64,000 nucleotides of DNA, from the NCBI GenBank assembly GCA_963674595.2, contig CAXXFV010000016.1, positions 352,001 through 416,000 of the forward strand, written 5' to 3'. A program made the position numbers and the translations under genes. This DNA comes from a bacterium. Lineage in GTDB: Bacteria > Zhuqueibacterota > Zhuqueibacteria > Residuimicrobiales > Krinioviventaceae. The first letter of the stretch is position 1, and every line of letters starts with the position of its first letter. The notes under the pieces were generated by a model. The model made no database searches, was not told where the DNA came from, and was given only the letters and a program-made list of their open reading frames with translations. Of the stretch, positions 19,748 through 30,658 are shown piece after piece.

Positions 19748-21205
19748 ATGGTTTCGGAACGCGAAAGATTCTTGGGTAATATTATGAAAGGGGTGGATTT
19801 TTTATTCCTCTTGGCTGCTTTTCCGATTGCCTATTTTTTAGATGAATTTATCCGAAATATAGCCCAGTTATCTATTAAAGCCTACGCTATCGGCTCAACA
19901 TTTTCTGGTTTTATGTTTTTTGCCCAAAAATACTGGTTAATGTTTTTGGGCTTTCCAATTATATGGATCGGGATGTTTTCTTTAAATGGGGTCTATAGAG
20001 AGTTTAGAACAAGAACATTAAGACGCCTTTTGTGGCTGATTTTTACATCTGCTATTTGGGCTTCAATTGCTTCCGGTAGTTATGTCTTTTTATTAAAAAT
20101 AGAAATGGCCAGCCGGTTGTTTTTTGTTGTTTTTGCTTTTGTTTCTTATATACTGATTATCATGGAAAAACGATTGTTGTTAATCGTATTGGATTCTATT
20201 CATAAACGAGGTTATAATCAGGAAAATTTGTTGATTGTTGGTACAGGAAAAAGGGCCTGTGAATTTATTCGTGCTGTAAAAAATCATTCCAACTGGGGCC
20301 TTCGTATTGTCGGGCTGATTGACGACGAACATGGATTGTATGGAAAAGAGTTGGAGGGAAGCCGGGTTATCGGTAGGATTCAGGACATTCCGTTTCTTAT
20401 AAATCGTTTGGTTGTTGATCGTGTTATTTTTGTCGTGCCAAGACTTTGGCTGCATCGTATTGAAGAAGCGATTTTGGCGTGCGAACAGGTCGGTGTGCCG
20501 ACATCCATTTCTTTGGACTTGTATAATTTACATATTTCTCAGACACGGCAAACTGATTTTAACGGATTCCCGTTATTGGAATTTGAAACATTTTATGCCA
20601 AAGAGTGGCAGCTTTTTATAAAGCGGATTATGGATATCGTTATATCATTATCGGCCCTGTTGTTCTTTTCTCCTCTAATGCTGATTGTGTCGTTAATTAT
20701 TAAATTGACTTCCAAAGGTTCCGTTCTTTTTAGACAGGAACGATGCGGTGTAAACGGAAGGCGTTTTACTTTATTCAAATTTCGTTCAATGGTGGCAGAT
20801 GCCGAGGACCGGAAAAAAACATTGTTTGACAAAAATGAGATGGATGGTCCGGTATTTAAAATTAAAAGAGATCCCAGGATCACTCCTTTTGGGTATTTTT
20901 TAAGAAAAACAAGTATTGACGAATTGCCGCAATTTCTGAATGTGTTAAAAGGGGACATGAGTATTGTTGGTCCAAGACCGGCCCTTGTTTCCGAAATTGA
21001 AAAATACGAAGTATGGCAGCGACGCCGTTTGAGCCTTAAACCCGGTATTACCTGCGTTTGGCAGGTCAGCGGCCGAAACAAGATCAGCTTTGAGCAATGG
21101 ATGAAAATGGATATGGAATATATTGATAATTGGTCTTTATCATTGGATTTACGAATTTTATTAAAAACGTTTTTTGTTGTGCTGGTCGGCTATGGTGCAG
21201 AATAG
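19748..21205 (+). CDS. priming polyprenyl-phosphate sugar-1-phosphate transferase (WcaJ/CpsE type)
   Basis: KFRSM, DPRIT, SIDELPQFLNVLKGDMSIVGPRP, KPGIT..WQVSGR. Confidence 0.93.
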   Translation: MVSERERFLGNIMKGVDFLFLLAAFPIAYFLDEFIRNIAQLSIKAYAIGSTFSGFMFFAQKYWLMFLGFPIIWIGMFSLNGVYREFRTRTLRRLLWLIFTSAIWASIASGSYVFLLKIEMASRLFFVVFAFVSYILIIMEKRLLLIVLDSIHKRGYNQENLLIVGTGKRACEFIRAVKNHSNWGLRIVGLIDDEHGLYGKELEGSRVIGRIQDIPFLINRLVVDRVIFVVPRLWLHRIEEAILACEQVGVPTSISLDLYNLHISQTRQTDFNGFPLLEFETFYAKEWQLFIKRIMDIVISLSALLFFSPLMLIVSLIIKLTSKGSVLFRQERCGVNGRRFTLFKFRSMVADAEDRKKTLFDKNEMDGPVFKIKRDPRITPFGYFLRKTSIDELPQFLNVLKGDMSIVGPRPALVSEIEKYEVWQRRRLSLKPGITCVWQVSGRNKISFEQWMKMDMEYIDNWSLSLDLRILLKTFFVVLVGYGAE

Positions 21206-21227
21206 TAAGAAAAGGATTGAATAATAA

Positions 21228-22448
21228 TTGACTCTTGAAACAAATTTTCAGATAAAAAATACAAAACCATTAAAAATACTCATGATCGCTCCCCAACCCT
21301 GGTTCCAGCCACGGGGAACACCTTTCAGCGTATTACATCGTATTAAAGCTTTGTCATTATTAGGGCATCAGGTTGACCTGGCTACCTATCATATCGGTCA
21401 GAATGTGGCGGTAGAAAATCTGCAAGTATACCGTGCGTCCAGGGTACCGTTTATTAATAACATTAAAATTGGTCCTTCTGTACCAAAAATATTTTTAGAC
21501 ATAGCTTTATATCGTCTTGTTGTTTCCCTGTTGAAAAACAATAAATATGACTTGATTCATACTCATGAGGAAGCCGCTTTTTTCGGGTATCGGTTTGCAT
21601 TAAAACATAAAATACCCCATTTATACGATATGCATTCCTGTTTGCCACAGCAGTTGAAAAATTTCAAATATACAAATTCTAAATTAATATCCGGCCTTTT
21701 TGAACGCCTTGAAGGCAATACGATAAAAAATTCAAATGCTGTTATTACCATCTGTCCGGAACTGCAAAACTATGTAAATGAACAGTTCCCGGATAAATAC
21801 AGTGTATTGATTGAAAATGTTGCCGATAACAGTATTGTTTTTCCTCCGAATAAAGAGGACAAGGAACGTTTAAAGAAAAAGTATGGTATTGGTAATAAAA
21901 AAATAGTTTTGTATTATGGTACATTTGAAGCCTATCAGGGAATTGATATGCTGATTAAAAGTTCACAGCATGTGTTGGAAAGATTCCCCGAAGCACTTTT
22001 TCTGCTGGTAGGTGGAAATGAAAAGCAAATTTCAGAATATTCCCGGATGGTTAATGAAGTCAATATGAACCATGCGTTCCGTTTTACCGGGTTTGTACAA
22101 CCGCAGGATATTCCGCAATTTGTCGATATGGCTGATGTTTTGGTTTCATCGCGAATGCGCGGGAATAACTCACCGTTAAAGATTTATTCCTATCTACGGT
22201 CCGGGAAACCAATTGTGGCAACCCGTCATATTACACATACTCAGATTTTGAATGATAATGTCTCTGTATTGACGGAACCGGCTGCAAAAGAGTTTGCCGA
22301 CGGAATTGTTTATGTGCTGCAAAATCCTGAAAAGTCGATGACATTGGCTAAAGCCGCTCAGCAGTTGGCTGAAGAAAAATACGGGTATGCCGAATATCTT
22401 GAAAAAACACAAAAGATTATTGAATATATTATCAACACTGGTTTATAA
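21228..22448 (+). CDS. glycosyltransferase family 4
   Basis: APQPWFQPRGTP, YYGTFEAYQGID, PLKIYSYLRSGKPIVAT. Confidence 0.9.
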   Translation: MTLETNFQIKNTKPLKILMIAPQPWFQPRGTPFSVLHRIKALSLLGHQVDLATYHIGQNVAVENLQVYRASRVPFINNIKIGPSVPKIFLDIALYRLVVSLLKNNKYDLIHTHEEAAFFGYRFALKHKIPHLYDMHSCLPQQLKNFKYTNSKLISGLFERLEGNTIKNSNAVITICPELQNYVNEQFPDKYSVLIENVADNSIVFPPNKEDKERLKKKYGIGNKKIVLYYGTFEAYQGIDMLIKSSQHVLERFPEALFLLVGGNEKQISEYSRMVNEVNMNHAFRFTGFVQPQDIPQFVDMADVLVSSRMRGNNSPLKIYSYLRSGKPIVATRHITHTQILNDNVSVLTEPAAKEFADGIVYVLQNPEKSMTLAKAAQQLAEEKYGYAEYLEKTQKIIEYIINTGL

Positions 22449-22454
22449 TTATAC

Positions 22455-23198
22455 ATGAATAAAAAAACAGATCATTATAGCTATTCCTTGTATGCAAAAC
22501 AGGACTTTGCACAAAAATATGAAAAAGACAGATTTGGTTCTGATTTTGGTCTGTTTTTAAAAAGTTATGAATGTGATCAATATGCACAATTTATCCCGCA
22601 GTTTACAAGATTGCTGGATGTTGGTACCGGTAGCGGTAAACTTGCGGCCTCCTTTTCGAAACAGGGGGAAGGGACGGTTGTTGCTAGCGATGCATCTTTT
22701 GAAATGGCCCGGATTGCCAGAGATAACATACCCGGCAATAAAAAATTTGTAGTGGTTTGCGATGCCCATCATCTCTGTTTTAAAAAAGGTGCTTTTGATG
22801 CGGTCACATCATCCCGTGTGTTGATGCATCTTGTTAATTGGCAAAAGGCGGTTAAGGAATTGTGTCGCGTTTCCAATGACAGGGTCGTTCTCGATTTCCC
22901 CGCTTTTATCAGTTTCACAATAGTTGAAAGAATTTTTCGAAGATTAAAAGGTCTTTTTTCTGATAGAACACAATCCTATCAGGGATTTTTTACAAGTACG
23001 GTTGGTAAAGAATTTCAAAATAATAATTTTGCCATTACCGGAAAAAGCCATGGTTTTTTTCTTCCTGTTGCTTTTTATCGGTTTATAAATTCAGCAAAAC
23101 TGGCCTTAAAATTTGAACAGACTTTTGAAAAGATTAAGCTTGCTCGCTTTTTGGGAACACCTGTTACGTTACTTTTAAAAAGAAAAGAAAATAAATAA
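22455..23198 (+). CDS. class I SAM-dependent methyltransferase
   Basis: LLDVGTGSG, FDAV.SSRVLMH, ELCRV. Confidence 0.88.
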   Translation: MNKKTDHYSYSLYAKQDFAQKYEKDRFGSDFGLFLKSYECDQYAQFIPQFTRLLDVGTGSGKLAASFSKQGEGTVVASDASFEMARIARDNIPGNKKFVVVCDAHHLCFKKGAFDAVTSSRVLMHLVNWQKAVKELCRVSNDRVVLDFPAFISFTIVERIFRRLKGLFSDRTQSYQGFFTSTVGKEFQNNNFAITGKSHGFFLPVAFYRFINSAKLALKFEQTFEKIKLARFLGTPVTLLLKRKENK

Positions 23199-24850
23199 TG
23201 ACCAGAAATACGGATTTATCCAATAAATTTAATCAAACTTTTGACGTCCTGATAGTGGGCGGTGGAATTTATGGGGCAACTATGTTGTGGGAAGCGACTT
23301 CCCGAGGATTATCTGCCCTGTTAATCGAAATGAATGATTTTTGTTCAGCAACCTCAGCCAATAGCTTAAAGACCATTCATGGCGGTTTACGTTATTTACA
23401 GACGTTGGACTTGAAAAGAGTGCGTGAATCCATCCGGGAACGACAGATCCTTTTGCGAATTGCCCCGCACCTTGTTCAGCCCTTATCATGCCTTATGCCG
23501 ACTGCCGGCCACATGATGAAAAGTAAAGAGGTTATGACCATGGGCTTGTTAATGAATGATTTTATCAGTATGGACCGAAATACTGCCGTACCTGACTTTA
23601 ATCATTTGAAAAATGGTATAATTATAAACAAAGCCAGGGCCCGGGAACAAATACCCTTTGTCAATTTTGATGTGTACACAGGCGCAGCAAATTGGTTTGA
23701 CGGCCAGGCCTATAATTCGGAACGGCTTGTTTTTGGATTTATTCAGTCGGCTGTTGAAAAGGGAGCACAGGCTGTTAACTATATAAAAGCAGAACAATTT
23801 TTAATTCATAATGACCAGGTTCAGGGTGTTAAAGCTGTTGATACGATAACAAACTCTGAATATGAAATTAAAGCTGACACTGTTATAACAACAACAGGCG
23901 CCTGGACAAACAAAATCTGTCCTGAAAGTGTAAAAATTCCATTTATCCCTTCAAAAGCAATTAATCTGATTGTTAAAAAGCGACTGGCTGAAAATGCTAT
24001 TGGAATTAACAGTGGTATTGAATATAAAAATGGTGTTAAGACCTTTCGCCGGAAATCACGGAATTTGTTTATTGCTCCGTGGCGGCACTATACTATTATC
24101 GGTACAACGCATTTGCCCTACGACGGCGATCCTGATGAATATAAAGTTTCAAAATCAGATATTCAGGATTTTTTGCTGGAATTGAATGACCTAATGCCGA
24201 ACACTGAACTGAAAGAAAGTGATGTTACGTTTTTTCACGGTGGTGTTCTTCCGCTCAAAACGTTACCGGAAGCAGGGCGAGATGTGCAATTGCTCGAACA
24301 ATACCAAATTTTTAATAGTGAGATTAAAGGTCTATATAATGTGATCGGGGTAAAATATACCACAGCGCGCGACGTTGCCGAAAAAACAATAAACAGAATT
24401 TATAAGAAAAAAGGCTTAAAGCGGTTATTTAATACAAGGAAAGAGCCGTTACATGGCGGTGATATTGACGATTATTTGGCTTTTGTAGATGATATAAAAA
24501 AGGACGTCGAATCCGTTTTGGATGATAATGTGGTTTTGCAGCTTGTACGGAATTATGGAACAACATGTACAAAGGTTATCAAGTTGATTGAAGAGAAACC
24601 CGAGTTAGCACAACGTTTGGCCGAAAATACAAACGTAATTAAAGCACAGGTTGTATATGCTGTTAAATATGAATCTGCTGAAAAACTTGCAGATGTTGTA
24701 TTACGACGGACAGAATTGGGCTCGGGAGAATATCCCAGTGATGAAGCGTTGAATGCAGCAGCCAAACTCATGGGAAATGAACTTGGATGGGACAAATCAA
24801 GGATTGATAGTGAAATAGAATATGTTAAACAGAAATACCAACCGCAGTAA
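23198..24850 (+). CDS. FAD-dependent glycerol-3-phosphate dehydrogenase/oxidase family protein
   Basis: DVLIVGGGIYG, ATSANSLKTIHGGLRYL, GVKYTTAR, DVVLRRT. Confidence 0.87.
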   Translation: MTRNTDLSNKFNQTFDVLIVGGGIYGATMLWEATSRGLSALLIEMNDFCSATSANSLKTIHGGLRYLQTLDLKRVRESIRERQILLRIAPHLVQPLSCLMPTAGHMMKSKEVMTMGLLMNDFISMDRNTAVPDFNHLKNGIIINKARAREQIPFVNFDVYTGAANWFDGQAYNSERLVFGFIQSAVEKGAQAVNYIKAEQFLIHNDQVQGVKAVDTITNSEYEIKADTVITTTGAWTNKICPESVKIPFIPSKAINLIVKKRLAENAIGINSGIEYKNGVKTFRRKSRNLFIAPWRHYTIIGTTHLPYDGDPDEYKVSKSDIQDFLLELNDLMPNTELKESDVTFFHGGVLPLKTLPEAGRDVQLLEQYQIFNSEIKGLYNVIGVKYTTARDVAEKTINRIYKKKGLKRLFNTRKEPLHGGDIDDYLAFVDDIKKDVESVLDDNVVLQLVRNYGTTCTKVIKLIEEKPELAQRLAENTNVIKAQVVYAVKYESAEKLADVVLRRTELGSGEYPSDEALNAAAKLMGNELGWDKSRIDSEIEYVKQKYQPQ

Positions 24851-24882
24851 AAAACGAACTTGTTATTGAAAGGCAAAAGAAA

Positions 24883-25884
24883 GTGATAAAAGCTTTGGTT
24901 ACCGGGGCTACTGGATTTACCGGACAGTATATGGTCCAAAATTTACTCGATAACGGTTATGAAGTGCGTGTTTTGGTTCGCGCTTCGAGTAACCTGGATG
25001 CTCTTAAAAATAAACGTGTTGAGCTTTGTTTCGGCGACATTTGTAATATCGATGAGGTCGAAAAAGCTGTTGAAGGTGTTGATGTGATCTATCACATTGC
25101 TGCCTTGTATCGGGCTGCAAATGTACCTGATTCTGTTTATTATAATGTCAATGTTACGGGAACAAAAAATCTGTTGGATGCGGCCCTTAAATATAATATA
25201 AAACGTTTTTTACATTGCAGCACAGTCGGCATTTATGGACACATTGAAAATCCGCCGGCAGATGAAACCGCACCCCTCAGACCTGGTGACATTTATCAGG
25301 ATACCAAACTTGAAGGTGAAAAATTGGCGCTTTCCTATTATAAAGAAAAAGGATTGCCTGTAACAATTGTGCGTCCCACCGGTATTTATGGCCCCGGAGA
25401 TTTACGGATGCTTAAAATGTACAAGATGATACAAAACGGCAAGTTTATCATGTTCGGCAAGGGCGATGTGTTTTATCATTTAACCTTTGTTACCGATGTT
25501 GTTGAAGGATTTCGGCTTGCTGCTGAAAGTGAAAAAGCAATTGGTAAGGATTATATTATTGCCGGTGATGAATGCTTTACCCTGGAAGAATTTAAAGAGA
25601 CTGTTGCAAAAGTGCTGAATGTAATAAGCAGTAACCTCCATTTACCGGTCATGCCGTTATATTTTTTAGGTTATATTTGTGAAAAAATATGCATACCTTT
25701 ACGTATTCAACCCCCTATCTTTCGCCGACGGGTTGATCTTTTCGTCAAAAGCCGTTCCTTTGATGCTGCCAAAGCAAAAAGAGACTTTGGTTTTCAACCG
25801 AAAATTGGTGTTATGGAAGGCATTAAAAAAACAGCAGAATGGTATTCACAGAACGGCTATTTAAACCAGATTAACAAGGATTGA
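24883..25884 (+). CDS. NAD-dependent epimerase/dehydratase
   Basis: VTGATGFTG, YQDTK, RPTGIYGPGD. Confidence 0.88.
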   Translation: MIKALVTGATGFTGQYMVQNLLDNGYEVRVLVRASSNLDALKNKRVELCFGDICNIDEVEKAVEGVDVIYHIAALYRAANVPDSVYYNVNVTGTKNLLDAALKYNIKRFLHCSTVGIYGHIENPPADETAPLRPGDIYQDTKLEGEKLALSYYKEKGLPVTIVRPTGIYGPGDLRMLKMYKMIQNGKFIMFGKGDVFYHLTFVTDVVEGFRLAAESEKAIGKDYIIAGDECFTLEEFKETVAKVLNVISSNLHLPVMPLYFLGYICEKICIPLRIQPPIFRRRVDLFVKSRSFDAAKAKRDFGFQPKIGVMEGIKKTAEWYSQNGYLNQINKD

Positions 25885-25889
25885 TATAA

Positions 25890-27065
25890 ATGAAAAAAAT
25901 TTGTGTATTGGGTAATTTTTCCGGTCGTAATGCTGGTGACGCGGCCATCCTGGGATGTTTATTAAAAGATGTTTCCGAACGATATGAAAATGCTTTATTC
26001 GAAATTCCTACTATAAATACAAACTTTGTGCGTAATTCCTATTCAGAATATAATATAAAACCGATTTCTCTATTACCCTGGAACCTGAGTGCAAAAATTT
26101 TGGGTGTCCCTGTTTTTCGATCAACGTTGAATGCCGACCTTGTTCTTTCAACAGATGCTATATTATTTGATCGCAGACTTTATAATCCTTTGTTTAATTA
26201 TTTATGGACCCTTTCTATTGTTCTTCCTATGGTTAAAAAACGTGGAATTCCCTTTGCGCTTTACAACAGCAGTTTAGGTCCCATTAAAACGAACAGCGGC
26301 GCTGCCTGCTTGAAACGGGTCGTTAGCAGTGCGGATCTGGTCATTCTGCGTGATAAGGTATCTCTGGAGTTGATGAAAAAACTGGATTTTACCCATCCGA
26401 ATGTTATTGAAGGCGCTGATTGTGCTTTAAATTCCGAACCTGTCGATGACCAGGAATTTGAGCGTATTAAAGAAAAAGAAGGATTGTTTGAAAGCGGAAG
26501 GCCGACGATTGGTATAAATATCAATAGTTATGTCGATAAATATGTATCACAATCCGGACAAAGTTTTGGCCGCGATAATTTAACAACTCTCTATGCCAGG
26601 ACAGTTGATCGCCTGGTAAAAGATCTGGATGTTGATATTCTGTTTGTTGAAACCCAGCACATGGATTTGGGGATTGCTTTTGAAACGTTGAGTAAAATAA
26701 AAAACCGAACTCGTGTTAAATTGATTTCCAACAAGATATACAGTTATCGTCAGATATGTTCTGTGCTGAAACGCCTGGACTTGTTTGTAGGAATGCGTAC
26801 GCATTCGTTAATTATGGCCTCGGCCATGGGTGTTCCGGTCGCCGGTATCAATACCTATCCCAAAAATCGTGGGTATATGCAGACCATCGGTATGGATGGA
26901 AATTTAATCGAATTTAAAGATTTGTCGATTGATGCGTTTTTTGACCTGATTAAAGGTGTCTATGAATCCAAAGAAACACATCGCGACAAAATGCTTCCTT
27001 TGGTAGAGCAGGAAAAAAATAAAGCTGCCGGTAGTGCGGATCATTTGAAAAAAATATTTACCTAG
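25890..27065 (+). CDS. polysaccharide pyruvyl transferase family protein
   Basis: GRNAGDAAI, ILRD..S, ADCA, VGMRTHSLI. Confidence 0.85.
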   Translation: MKKICVLGNFSGRNAGDAAILGCLLKDVSERYENALFEIPTINTNFVRNSYSEYNIKPISLLPWNLSAKILGVPVFRSTLNADLVLSTDAILFDRRLYNPLFNYLWTLSIVLPMVKKRGIPFALYNSSLGPIKTNSGAACLKRVVSSADLVILRDKVSLELMKKLDFTHPNVIEGADCALNSEPVDDQEFERIKEKEGLFESGRPTIGININSYVDKYVSQSGQSFGRDNLTTLYARTVDRLVKDLDVDILFVETQHMDLGIAFETLSKIKNRTRVKLISNKIYSYRQICSVLKRLDLFVGMRTHSLIMASAMGVPVAGINTYPKNRGYMQTIGMDGNLIEFKDLSIDAFFDLIKGVYESKETHRDKMLPLVEQEKNKAAGSADHLKKIFT

Positions 27066-27123
27066 TAAATGTCTCCTGTAATTAATTTTGTTAATTTTTA
27101 AAAACGAATAGGGAGTACATTCC

Positions 27124-28860
27124 GTGAAAAAACAAATGATGTCTCTGGTACGGTTTTTTATAAGCGCATTGCTTTTATACTTTGTTCTCAAACAGGCGGG
27201 GTTATCTGAAATTTGGAAGATCATTCGCACGGCTGATTTGAATTATATGATCTTGTTTATCCTTGTGAGCCCCGTGCTTATCTTTCTAAGTTCCTGGAAA
27301 TGGCAAGTCATTCTCAAAGCGCAAAATATCAATGTGTCTGTCGGTCGGCTTTTTGTTTTATATATTACAGGATATTTTTTCAATACATTTTTACCGACGA
27401 ATGTCGGCGGTGATGTTGTGCGCGCACACATTCTTGGGAAAGCTGTTAAAGACCCTGCTAAAATATATTCTTCTGTGTTTTTAGAACGCTTTACCGGATT
27501 AACGATGTTGTTGTTTTTTGCCATCATCGCTTTCTTTTTGGGCATAAGGGAGTTATGGGACAAGTGGCTTATTCTTTCCATGCTGGTATGCATTGCCGGG
27601 TATGTTGTTTTGTTGGCCGTAATCTGGAATCCGGCTTACTTTGAATGGATTGAGAAAAAATTTAATATTAAAGTTATTAAAACAGTTATACAAAAACTTA
27701 AAAAATTTCAAAAAGCGACCCTGATACTAAAGGACAAAAAGCTTGTCTTGCTGTTTGCTTTATTTAATTCATCCTTGTTTTATTTATTTGCCGTATTAAA
27801 TGTCTATTTTTGCAGCAAGGCCTTTAACCCGGACATGGCATTTATTGATGCCTGTATAATAACGCCCATCGTTTTGGTTATTGCCATGATCCCGATATCT
27901 ATCGGCGGGTGGGGCTTGACCGAAGGCGCCTACTTTTTTACTTTTGCACGAATGGGACTCGGCGGACCACTTGGCTTAACAGTTGGATTATTACTTCGGG
28001 CAAAGTTGTTAATTATTGGAATTTTCGGCGGACTTGCCTATTCTTTTGGAGATGTAAAATTTAATAAAAAGGAACTGGTATTGCCCAAAACGAATATGGA
28101 TAAAAGTGCTGATAATGAGGGTTCCGGTAAATATTTCAGCAGTTTTGAAGATGTGCTGCGCCGCCCCAAATCTCCGTTAAAAAAATACCAGGATATCGTT
28201 ATTGGTAATTACAGTTTGGGGAAACTTTTAAAATTTGAGTTTTTGACATTTTTTCTGAGTTCTATGCCCGGAATATTGGGTTTGGGTTTAAGACAGATAT
28301 TTTACAAAAGTATTTTTAAAAGGTTGGGTAAGGGATCGGTCATTAACAGGAGCGTTTCTCTGCGTCATACCTATAAAATTAGTATTAATAAAAATTGTGT
28401 AATTGATGAGTATTGCATGTTAAATGCCCAGGGTGGGGATGATAGCAAAATTGAACTGGGTGACTTTGTTTTATTGGGCCGGGGAACAGTTGTAACAACT
28501 AAAAACGGCACCATAAAAATTGATGATTACAGTAATATCGGTGCTTATTGCCGAATCGGTACACCCAGTAAAATTGAAATTGGAAAATATTTTTTATGTG
28601 CTGCCAATTGTTATATTGGGGGCGTTACTCATAATTTTAGTGATTTGGAAACACCGATTTTAAAACAGGGATTTGATGATAAAGGCGGCGTCGTTATCGA
28701 TGATGATGTTTGGTTGGGAGCCGGCGTTACGGTATTAGACGGCGTGAAAATTGGAAAGGGTGCTATTATTGGCGCAAATTCTTTGGTTAATAAAGACATA
28801 CCAGCCTATGCGATTGCTCATGGTACGCCTGCCAAAGTTGTTAAATATAGGAATCAATAA
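27124..28860 (+). CDS. fusion of lysylphosphatidylglycerol-synthase-TM (flippase-like) domain and hexapeptide-repeat acyltransferase
   Basis: FFNTFLPTNVGGDVVR and IPISIGGWGLTE; C-terminal IDDDVWLGAGVTVLDGVKIGKGAIIGA...GTPAKV. Confidence 0.85.
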   Translation: MKKQMMSLVRFFISALLLYFVLKQAGLSEIWKIIRTADLNYMILFILVSPVLIFLSSWKWQVILKAQNINVSVGRLFVLYITGYFFNTFLPTNVGGDVVRAHILGKAVKDPAKIYSSVFLERFTGLTMLLFFAIIAFFLGIRELWDKWLILSMLVCIAGYVVLLAVIWNPAYFEWIEKKFNIKVIKTVIQKLKKFQKATLILKDKKLVLLFALFNSSLFYLFAVLNVYFCSKAFNPDMAFIDACIITPIVLVIAMIPISIGGWGLTEGAYFFTFARMGLGGPLGLTVGLLLRAKLLIIGIFGGLAYSFGDVKFNKKELVLPKTNMDKSADNEGSGKYFSSFEDVLRRPKSPLKKYQDIVIGNYSLGKLLKFEFLTFFLSSMPGILGLGLRQIFYKSIFKRLGKGSVINRSVSLRHTYKISINKNCVIDEYCMLNAQGGDDSKIELGDFVLLGRGTVVTTKNGTIKIDDYSNIGAYCRIGTPSKIEIGKYFLCAANCYIGGVTHNFSDLETPILKQGFDDKGGVVIDDDVWLGAGVTVLDGVKIGKGAIIGANSLVNKDIPAYAIAHGTPAKVVKYRNQ

Positions 28861-28918
28861 CAAAGGATTGCCAATTAGTTGGGGGCAACGATCCTTGAAA
28901 TTTTTATCAGAAAAAATA

Positions 28919-30583
28919 TTATCTTAATATTATAAAATTTTCCGGTGAATCCGGCGCTTGTGAATCAATTGTTGTGGTTTTTAAATATAAAACCCAATCA
29001 CCTGAAAACGGAGGTGAAAAAGATTCCATCCCTGCGGCTGCTCTTTTAAATTCCGAAAGATAAGTGCCTTCCCGTGGATTAAACCACAGCACACTAACCG
29101 CATTTACATCTGAAAGATTTACGTTTACATTACCGCCATTTTTTGAATAGAGCAAATACGTTTCTCCGACATTTGCCAGGCAATACCCGTTTGATGTTAA
29201 TTCATCATGCGGAGACATTTTCCAATAGGGGACACCTTCCACAAACTGAAAAAGCCATTTTAGTTCCTGCTGCTGCTGCGGTCTCGCTGTCAGGTCCCAG
29301 CCGCCCTTATCAGGGGCATAGGTTTCCAAAAAACCGGCCGTAAAAAATCCGCCTGCCGTAATTATTTCCCATGCACCGATGCGAACAAAATCATCATCAA
29401 CTTTACCGGCATAAGCGTATTCTCCATTTATCACCGGTTTGTTATAGGTATGGTCTTGCAGAATATCAGAATGCCAGTTAATGTTGTATTTAGAATTTGT
29501 CGGGTCTGTTGTTTGATAGGTCTGCTGCATTATAAAGGACAGCCAACTATCGTTACCAAACTCGGCACAGGTAGAATTGCCGGTCGGGTGCAGCGTGATG
29601 GGATGATCATAAGGATCTGCGTCTGCCAGCACATTGCCATGGTGCCGCATTTTATCCGGTCTATAGCCAATAATGCCATAAATTTCATCATATTCACCAC
29701 AAATTGTCCAAATTACGTTATAAGCCGCATAACGGGCTACCAGGTATTTTATATACCTGTCAAATTGTGCCTCAGAAAATTTAACAAATTCCTGGGCCCA
29801 GGTAAAAAAGAAGGCTGGAGAGATTCCTTTTGATAACGCATATTCTATCCGTTTGTCGACCCATTGAAAGTATCCCGGATTTAAATGATCATAATCCTTA
29901 CCAGTCGCGGTCAAATTGAATACATAACCGCCTTCGTTTCTCCAAAATTCATCACCATTTATATAACTCACTAAAATTGATTGAACAACGTTATAACCCT
30001 GAGATGCCCTCAGGTCAATATAAGGCTTCCAATGGTTTTCGTATGATACCAAATATGTCATACCCCGCCATGAAGTATCTCCTTTCCAAAGGACAGGAGA
30101 ACCATCGTCTCTGATAAAAGAATAGGGATAATCAGGATTATTCCGGATGAATCCTTTATTCGATGAAGATGTACATTCAAACGTTCCTGTTGAATCAAAA
30201 CCTGTATGCGTAGAGGATGATATTGTAAATGACCATGAACCAACTTCAACAGGCGTCATTCTTACAATCCACGTGTCGCCGCCATCCCAAAATCCATTTA
30301 TGGTAATTGTTTGTGTCGGTCCCTGAAAAACACCAGTGATTATTACATCCGTATATTCATTTGCAATAGATTGTGAATTGGTTAATTGAACTTCAAAAAT
30401 TGAATATTTGGGTATACTCTGTATATCGTTTGTTTCCGGCGGAACTGTTTCTCTGGTTGTAGCAACATTGTTTTGTTGATTCGTTTCACTTTCATTGAGC
30501 TGGGCATAGGTATAAGGAATCGAGAGTATAAATAAAAAATTAATGATAACAAAGTTATGTTTGAATTTAGACATAAAAAACAT
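28919..30583 (-). CDS. secreted DUF5060-DUF4038 (GH140/apiosidase-like) protein with collagen-binding-like domain
   Basis: signal peptide, GFWDGG.TW.VR, GDTSW, LVARYAAYNVIW..GEY, KPVINGE, WFNPREG. Confidence 0.8.
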   Translation of the reverse strand: MFFMSKFKHNFVIINFLFILSIPYTYAQLNESETNQQNNVATTRETVPPETNDIQSIPKYSIFEVQLTNSQSIANEYTDVIITGVFQGPTQTITINGFWDGGDTWIVRMTPVEVGSWSFTISSSTHTGFDSTGTFECTSSSNKGFIRNNPDYPYSFIRDDGSPVLWKGDTSWRGMTYLVSYENHWKPYIDLRASQGYNVVQSILVSYINGDEFWRNEGGYVFNLTATGKDYDHLNPGYFQWVDKRIEYALSKGISPAFFFTWAQEFVKFSEAQFDRYIKYLVARYAAYNVIWTICGEYDEIYGIIGYRPDKMRHHGNVLADADPYDHPITLHPTGNSTCAEFGNDSWLSFIMQQTYQTTDPTNSKYNINWHSDILQDHTYNKPVINGEYAYAGKVDDDFVRIGAWEIITAGGFFTAGFLETYAPDKGGWDLTARPQQQQELKWLFQFVEGVPYWKMSPHDELTSNGYCLANVGETYLLYSKNGGNVNVNLSDVNAVSVLWFNPREGTYLSEFKRAAAGMESFSPPFSGDWVLYLKTTTIDSQAPDSPENFIILR

Positions 30584-30642
30584 GGTAATAAATCCTTTGT
30601 TTAAAAATTCATTGAAAGTTCTTTGAATTTTAAAATAAACAA

Positions 30643-30658
30643 TGCAATATCTTTGCCA
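30643..30658 (-). promoter_or_regulatory. sigma-54 promoter for the DUF4038 gene
   Basis: minus strand TGGCAA-AGATA-TTGCA. Confidence 0.75.

Noticed and set aside
20593-21081. 162-aa antisense ORF and other short antisense or alternate-frame ORFs in the track
   Set aside because: Lie within well-supported genes and show no recognisable motifs
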